NCBI GenBank assembly: GCA_020891255.1
Contig: BQFW01000015.1
Span: 1,178,001 to 1,242,000, forward strand
Length of the DNA stretch: 64,000 nucleotides
Direction of reading: 5' to 3'
Source: Entomortierella parvispora E1425
Taxonomy: Eukaryota > Fungi > Mortierellomycota
Below are positions 58,751 through 64,000 of this stretch, one piece after another (the stretch's first letter is position 1; every line of letters starts with the position of its first letter). Below the pieces are notes generated by a model. That model ran no database searches and had not been told where the DNA came from. It saw only the letters and a program-made list of their open reading frames with translations. The position numbers and the translations under genes were made by a program.

Positions 58751-60272
58751 TTGTTGTTGCCGTTGTTGCTGCTGCTGGTATAGTAGTTGCTGTTGTCGTT
58801 GGAGTTCAGGGTTCGGGGCCCGGACCACCAACCCCCGAATATTGTTCACAAAGGAACCCACAATGTCCAAGAACCGATCTGTATCTTCTCCACTGCTCCT
58901 CCTCAGCTCATGGATCAACTCTTCAGGATGCGCAAATTCAATTTCAAGCTCATGCGTGAAGTCCAGGGCGTTTGCATTACCCATACCCGGTTGGGGTCGC
59001 ATCTGACTGGCGGCGCTCCTCTGCTGGTTGTTGTTGGGGGTGTTGGAGGTTCGGACCTGGGTCAGATCAATCTTCATGTTTCGGTGGCGATACGATACTC
59101 GATTCTTGTGTCTCTCAAAGTCAGATTGACCTGTCGGCATCGGCATGGGTCTTTCCACATTGACAGTGACACGGAAATCAAACATGTTCCTGGGTGAAAA
59201 CACGTCCAGATCCGCAATCCGATCCTTGCGCACGATACCGTTGGGGACCACAGACTTTGTGGCTTCATCCAGGGTCACCCTTGTCTTTCCATCGGGTCCT
59301 TTGTAAAATTGATCAATCTCCTTTGTATGTTTGTAGGCGATGTGAGATCCCTATAGACAGGAGGTGAAGGGGTGATTCCAATTTGAAACGCATTAGAAAG
59401 GAGGGTCTAGGAAGGCTATGATCATTTACGATAGACCAAGCACTTACTTGGAAACCCGGTTGAGCCGTTTGCTCGAGTCTCTTGTTTAACATTGCATTGT
59501 AGTGGGCATGTTGTTCCTACAGACGAAGCCTGTCAGTCACCAAGCAAGTATCAAACACAAAACAACAAAACAAAAGGAAAAAAAAAGCCAGTCGGTATCG
59601 TTCTTACCACAGTCATGTCAGAGACAAATCTGTATCCGCCTGCCAAATGTCCCTTGTTCAGAACAACTTCGTTGAAAACTGGTAGCTCCAGTCGACGTCC
59701 TGTATTATTGGCAATCATTACACCAAGTTTGGCCTCGATCTAGTGTGGCGGGTGCATTGATTAAAACTAATTTCTGTTCATTTCATACCGATCACCACCG
59801 CAGACCTTGTCTGAAGTATTTGCACTGCCGTTGTATAAACGATTGACTCTACCTCGACGTGTTCATGGTTGCAGTTTCTCTTCAGGAAATCAGCGATCGT
59901 TCGCACAACATCGTCTATGACAACCGTGCCAAAGAATGCGTGATCCCGAGAAGAAATCCGCGCGATTTGTTGTTGTTGTTGCGTAGGTGGCGGGAATTGT
60001 GGACGGGGCTGTGGCCTCTGTTGTTGCTGTGACTGTGGCGGCGGGTTCTGGGGGTTCTGGGGCCTAGGATGCGATTGAGCGTTTGGATCGGCAGACGAAG
60101 TTCCTGCACTGGCTGTATTAGCGGCAGCAGCAGGGGCTTGTTGTGGCGCGTTCGAACCAGAGTCCTCCTGGCGAGTCTTCTTTTGAGCTGGGGGTGCAGC
60201 ATTGTCCTGTGAAGTCACAGGTTCTTCTTCCGTGTCTGACAGAGGTCGCTTGCCGTTGTCCTGTTCTGCCAT
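58634..60272 (-). CDS. CET1: mRNA capping RNA 5'-triphosphatase (Cet1/Pct1, triphosphate tunnel metalloenzyme), four exons
   Basis: Motif A HVEIEAKLG, KHTKEIDQFY, RKDRIADLDVFSP...DFRVTVNVE, ERHKNRVSY, KIDLTQV, motif C HELEIEF; poly-Q tail. Confidence 0.93.
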
Positions 60273-60430
60273 GATGTCCAATGCAATGTCGATCGTGGAT
60301 GTCGATGAGAGCAAGACTGAATGGCATTCGACGTGTTAAGTGGAACAATCGCTTGCTCTTTTTGCGTCGGCTTCCTAAGCCACTCATTTTTATTCTAATA
60401 CTTTTTTTTTATATTTTAGTTTTTGCTACG

Positions 60431-62941
60431 CTACGCGGCTTGAACCATGGCCGACTGCACGACCTCGACGCGGTGCTTCCGCAACAACTCGACCATATCT
60501 TGCGCCAACTTTTGCTCATGAAGATTTACTGGGATGCTGAACGATGGTGACTTTGGAGGTCCTTGCATCAATTCAGCCTTGGCGGACAGGATCGTTTCCT
60601 TTTCACAATAAAGCTTTCGTAGACGAGGCATGTGTTCCAGCAGATCTTTGACCTCCTCCAATGTCCACTTTCGTCCTTGTTGGCCCAAGAGCGCCAGCGA
60701 CTGGATTGGGGAATGTGGACCAAATCCCTTGCGGATCAGGTGCTCCACTCCCTTGGTCGATACCCCCAGATGATAGAGTCGAGGCAAGGACGCAAGTCGT
60801 GTCTTGAGACTTCCAAATGGATCGCCAATCTCATCATATCGCTGATGCAAATGGTACATTGGGTATCCTTCGTGATGGGCTAGAGAATACGTGTCCTGGA
60901 GGACATTGGACTGTCCGCTGCCGTTGTTGTTGATGATCCCAATGTCGCGGAAGCTACTGAGACTGCTGATACTCCTGTTGTAGCGTGGACTCCAGCTCAT
61001 ATTGCGGGTGAAGCTCTGAGATGCCGTCCTGGCATGCCGATGCGGATTTGGGGAGAGATGGTGGTAAAGTTGTGGTTGTAAATAGAGATTACTGAGCTGA
61101 AGTCGATGCAGGAACATTTGCCCGCCAATTTCGAGTCGTTCTAGAGTCTTTTGACAAGCCCATTCTGAAGGACCGTGGTTGTTCATAAGCTCGTCTCCCG
61201 AATCCTTGAAAATGTCCGGCGTCAGCTTGGACAGACTGAGACTAAGTTCTTGCAGTTGACTGCAGTGCCTAAATATAGGTACAATGCCTTCGTCTGTAAT
61301 GTCGGGACACCACTGCACCGAAAGTCTTTGAAGAGTCGATCCTTGATGTGTTGCCAATGTTGTCATGACAGAGTTATCCAGTCCCCGCAAGTAGGCCAGG
61401 CGAATTTTCTTTAGTCGAAGACCAGGATACTGATCCTGAGCCGTCGCTGATGATGCTGCCCCCACCGCTGCAGTTGCAGTTGACAATGAATTCGACGGAC
61501 CGGAGCTGGTAGCCGACAACATGTCTGTGGATTTGTCCAGTCTCTCAAACAGACGTGCGAGGCTCTGACGACCAATGTTGGGAGCAGAGCTTAAGGAGAG
61601 TGACTCGAGCAAAGGCGAATATCGAAGAATGGACCCTACAATACCAGGACCTACATGGCGGCTGTCGTGGATATGGAGTTCCAAGAGTTCGGGTGCACGC
61701 TTCAAAACCCATTCGCATGTCCGATCCGGCACCGCACAAAAATTCATGGTCAGGGATTCCAGCGCTATCTGTTCCGACGGGGAGTTGCTGAAAATCGAAT
61801 ATAAACTCCTCGGTGACATCGGAAACAGGGATGTCGAGGAGGATGCCATGGAGTACAACGAGGAGGAAGAGGAGGCTGGTATGATGGTACTTGAAGAGGA
61901 GGAGGACGGTGGTGTAGGCAGCGACGGCGACAGGCTTGTAGATTCCAAGAGACCTGAAAGAAAATCCACAGTGGCGACTGAGAATGCCACATTTTCCTCG
62001 TAGTTTCGCTCACAAATCTCTACCTTTGTCAACGACAAAGATTTCAGTGTAGATCCACATCGGTCAAAGAGCTCCTCGAACGCTGGCAATGAAATCCTGC
62101 TCGGAAGTTCAAAGGCGAGTCCAAGCGTTTCTAATCCCATGCAGAGTCTCCGAGCAATGAGCCGAACGACCTCCGGCTCCAGTCCTTGAAGACCAATCTG
62201 CTGTGTCCTGCTAAGAAGTGTCCTCCGAGAAGGACTTGTGCTATGTGCACCATTTGAGATCCGTGAGCTGGTACTGCCATGCGTGGATCCTGAGGCCAAC
62301 TCTGGCTTGTTCATGACTTCAAAATGAAAAGACTTCAAAGTCGGTAACGCGCTCAATAGTCGGTCCAGCCTCTCGAGACTCAGTACAGTCTTTGTGATCT
62401 CAAGTCGAGTCAGGCTGAGGCTGTTGCAAGTCTGGATTTGAGAGAGATGATCCTGGACAGAAAAGGGACTCTCATCCCCTGTTCTTACTGCTCCTGTCCG
62501 CCGCGGCGTGGCGTCCGTCCCTTGAAACACAAATAGGTTGCTGGCCTCAATGCTTTTAATCCAATGTCCGTATTTCTTAAAGTCGATGAAGGAAGGTACC
62601 CAAGGCTGCCGTGTCTCCTGATGTGGATGGCGGAGATGCATGTGGTGAGGTTGATGGTGGTGGACTGATCCGCTGTAGGTGCTGCGGTGACTTTGAGGGG
62701 GGTCTTTGGTGGTTCCTTGGAAGTGCGCTTGCTGCTGCAACATGGACGACTGCTGTCCGCCGCGGTACTGTACGGCGTAGTAGAGAAAAGGAGCCCATGC
62801 TTCATGCCAGGCTCTGCAGACCTGACTGGCGAGCGAGAGATCGCGCTGGTTAAGCTGAAGTTGAATCTGGTACGCGAGCTCGGGAATGAGAACGGCATCG
62901 TGCCGTGGAGATGCCGCATGCGGTTGCAATGACAAAGTCAT
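60431..62941 (-). CDS. F-box / leucine-rich-repeat (RNI-like) protein, single exon
   Basis: F-box-like VLIPELAYQIQLQLNQRDLSLASQVCRAWHEAWAPFLY; LRRs LQRLSVQWCPDITDEG, CSQLQELSLS, WACQKTLERLEI. Confidence 0.87.
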   Translation of the reverse strand: MTLSLQPHAASPRHDAVLIPELAYQIQLQLNQRDLSLASQVCRAWHEAWAPFLYYAVQYRGGQQSSMLQQQAHFQGTTKDPPQSHRSTYSGSVHHHQPHHMHLRHPHQETRQPWVPSFIDFKKYGHWIKSIEASNLFVFQGTDATPRRTGAVRTGDESPFSVQDHLSQIQTCNSLSLTRLEITKTVLSLERLDRLLSALPTLKSFHFEVMNKPELASGSTHGSTSSRISNGAHSTSPSRRTLLSRTQQIGLQGLEPEVVRLIARRLCMGLETLGLAFELPSRISLPAFEELFDRCGSTLKSLSLTKVEICERNYEENVAFSVATVDFLSGLLESTSLSPSLPTPPSSSSSSTIIPASSSSSLYSMASSSTSLFPMSPRSLYSIFSNSPSEQIALESLTMNFCAVPDRTCEWVLKRAPELLELHIHDSRHVGPGIVGSILRYSPLLESLSLSSAPNIGRQSLARLFERLDKSTDMLSATSSGPSNSLSTATAAVGAASSATAQDQYPGLRLKKIRLAYLRGLDNSVMTTLATHQGSTLQRLSVQWCPDITDEGIVPIFRHCSQLQELSLSLSKLTPDIFKDSGDELMNNHGPSEWACQKTLERLEIGGQMFLHRLQLSNLYLQPQLYHHLSPNPHRHARTASQSFTRNMSWSPRYNRSISSLSSFRDIGIINNNGSGQSNVLQDTYSLAHHEGYPMYHLHQRYDEIGDPFGSLKTRLASLPRLYHLGVSTKGVEHLIRKGFGPHSPIQSLALLGQQGRKWTLEEVKDLLEHMPRLRKLYCEKETILSAKAELMQGPPKSPSFSIPVNLHEQKLAQDMVELLRKHRVEVVQSAMVQAA

Positions 62942-64000
62942 CTGGAATCAGCTGCTAGCGACGGGGGAGAAGAGTAAAAGGGAGGAGAGAACGAGTGAGA
63001 AGAAGAAACGGGGCAGGAGGGTAAGCAGGCGAACTAGCGAGAGCGAAGAAGAAAAAGAAAAAAGAAGGCAAGAGCAAGGCAGCGTGGCCATGGTCATCCT
63101 CTTTATGAAGGAAGGGCAGTCATCCTGTCAGCACTCACGCGTGCCTGAATTTGGGCTTTGCAGTTTGCGGTTGCCCGTTTCTATTTATGATCGGTTGTTG
63201 GAAAAGGGGTCGTTGGAGGCTGGATGGCTGTCAGACAGGGTGCGAGAAGTCGTATTGCCTTGCTGGAGAGATGAATGAATGAATGGAAGCTGCATGGTAC
63301 TGACGAGCGTCGCGCGGCAACTGCAGGGGGAAAGGAGTAGCCTGACACGCAGACGGTCGCGAGGCAATGCAAAGCAAGGCAGAGGTGCTCTTACGTTTCG
63401 GGATGCAGATGGACTACAGGAGCAACAGGAGGAGAAGCTAGAGGAGCAAGAGGAGCAAGAGGAGGGTGAGCGTGAGCAAAGAGCAGGGGAGCGTAAGAGT
63501 GGAAGAGGGGAGGTGGAAGGAAAAGAAGGAAGAAAAGAGGGAGGGAAGGAGCAGAAATTGAAAGAGATGAAAAACACGAAAAACAATGGCCTTCCCTTTT
63601 GGATGCTCGGGAACGGACATAACGGCAGAGGGATCTTGGGCCATGGGGTCGACAATCCCTCTCCCATGCAATCCGTCCATTGGCTAATCTCTTTCTGCGA
63701 CGCTTGGACAGCAAAAAGTGTAAAATGCAACGACTTGCACCGAAAACGACACATGAAGCCCTGGTCTCGACCTCTTTTTTCTATTCTCCACCGTGCCTTC
63801 TTTTGTCCCTGCCTCCCGCAGGATGCAGTGACGTTTTCTGTGGTCGAGCAAGATGCAAGTCATGGCCGTTCCTCGTGTGGTCATCCCAATAAAAACGAAT
63901 GGTGGTGTCCTGTTCTTTCGATATTTGTATCAAGGACCAATTGGCTGGCCACACTCTTTCTCTCGTCCTTTTTTCTCGTTTCGCTCATGCACGGTCGGAT

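Overview
Gene-dense, intron-containing eukaryotic DNA from an early-diverging fungus. Short GT-AG introns, CT/AG microsatellite promoters, Cet1-type capping triphosphatase, F-box/LRR and HSPA12-like genes are most consistent with Mortierellaceae (inference). I can model 23 protein-coding genes by hand: PTH2, TFB1, RPB6, DDX21-like helicase, HSPA12-like, a CYSTM-tailed protein, TM2-domain protein, alpha-arrestin, TVP38, Crz1-like C2H2 factor, GPALPP1, ECT1, RPS7, two F-box/LRR, GST, an orphan 7TM protein, GT17, SIP3/LAM1-like, SF3B1, EMC7 and CET1. There are also three tRNA genes (2x Phe-GAA, 1x His-GTG). The best unexplained signal is a 608-bp TG...CA element with 8-bp terminal inverted repeats and a near-perfect 5-bp target duplication, ending 17 bp upstream of tRNA-His. 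It looks like a solo LTR of a Ty3-like, tRNA-targeting retrotransposon. Other leads: a 533-aa disordered protein whose cysteine-rich membrane tail is only visible after splicing, a G.U-rich long hairpin downstream of RPS7, a structured 502-nt RPS7 intron, and six tandem branch-point-like CTGAC motifs in the first intron of SF3B1. All exon boundaries, folds and family calls were made by eye without searches.
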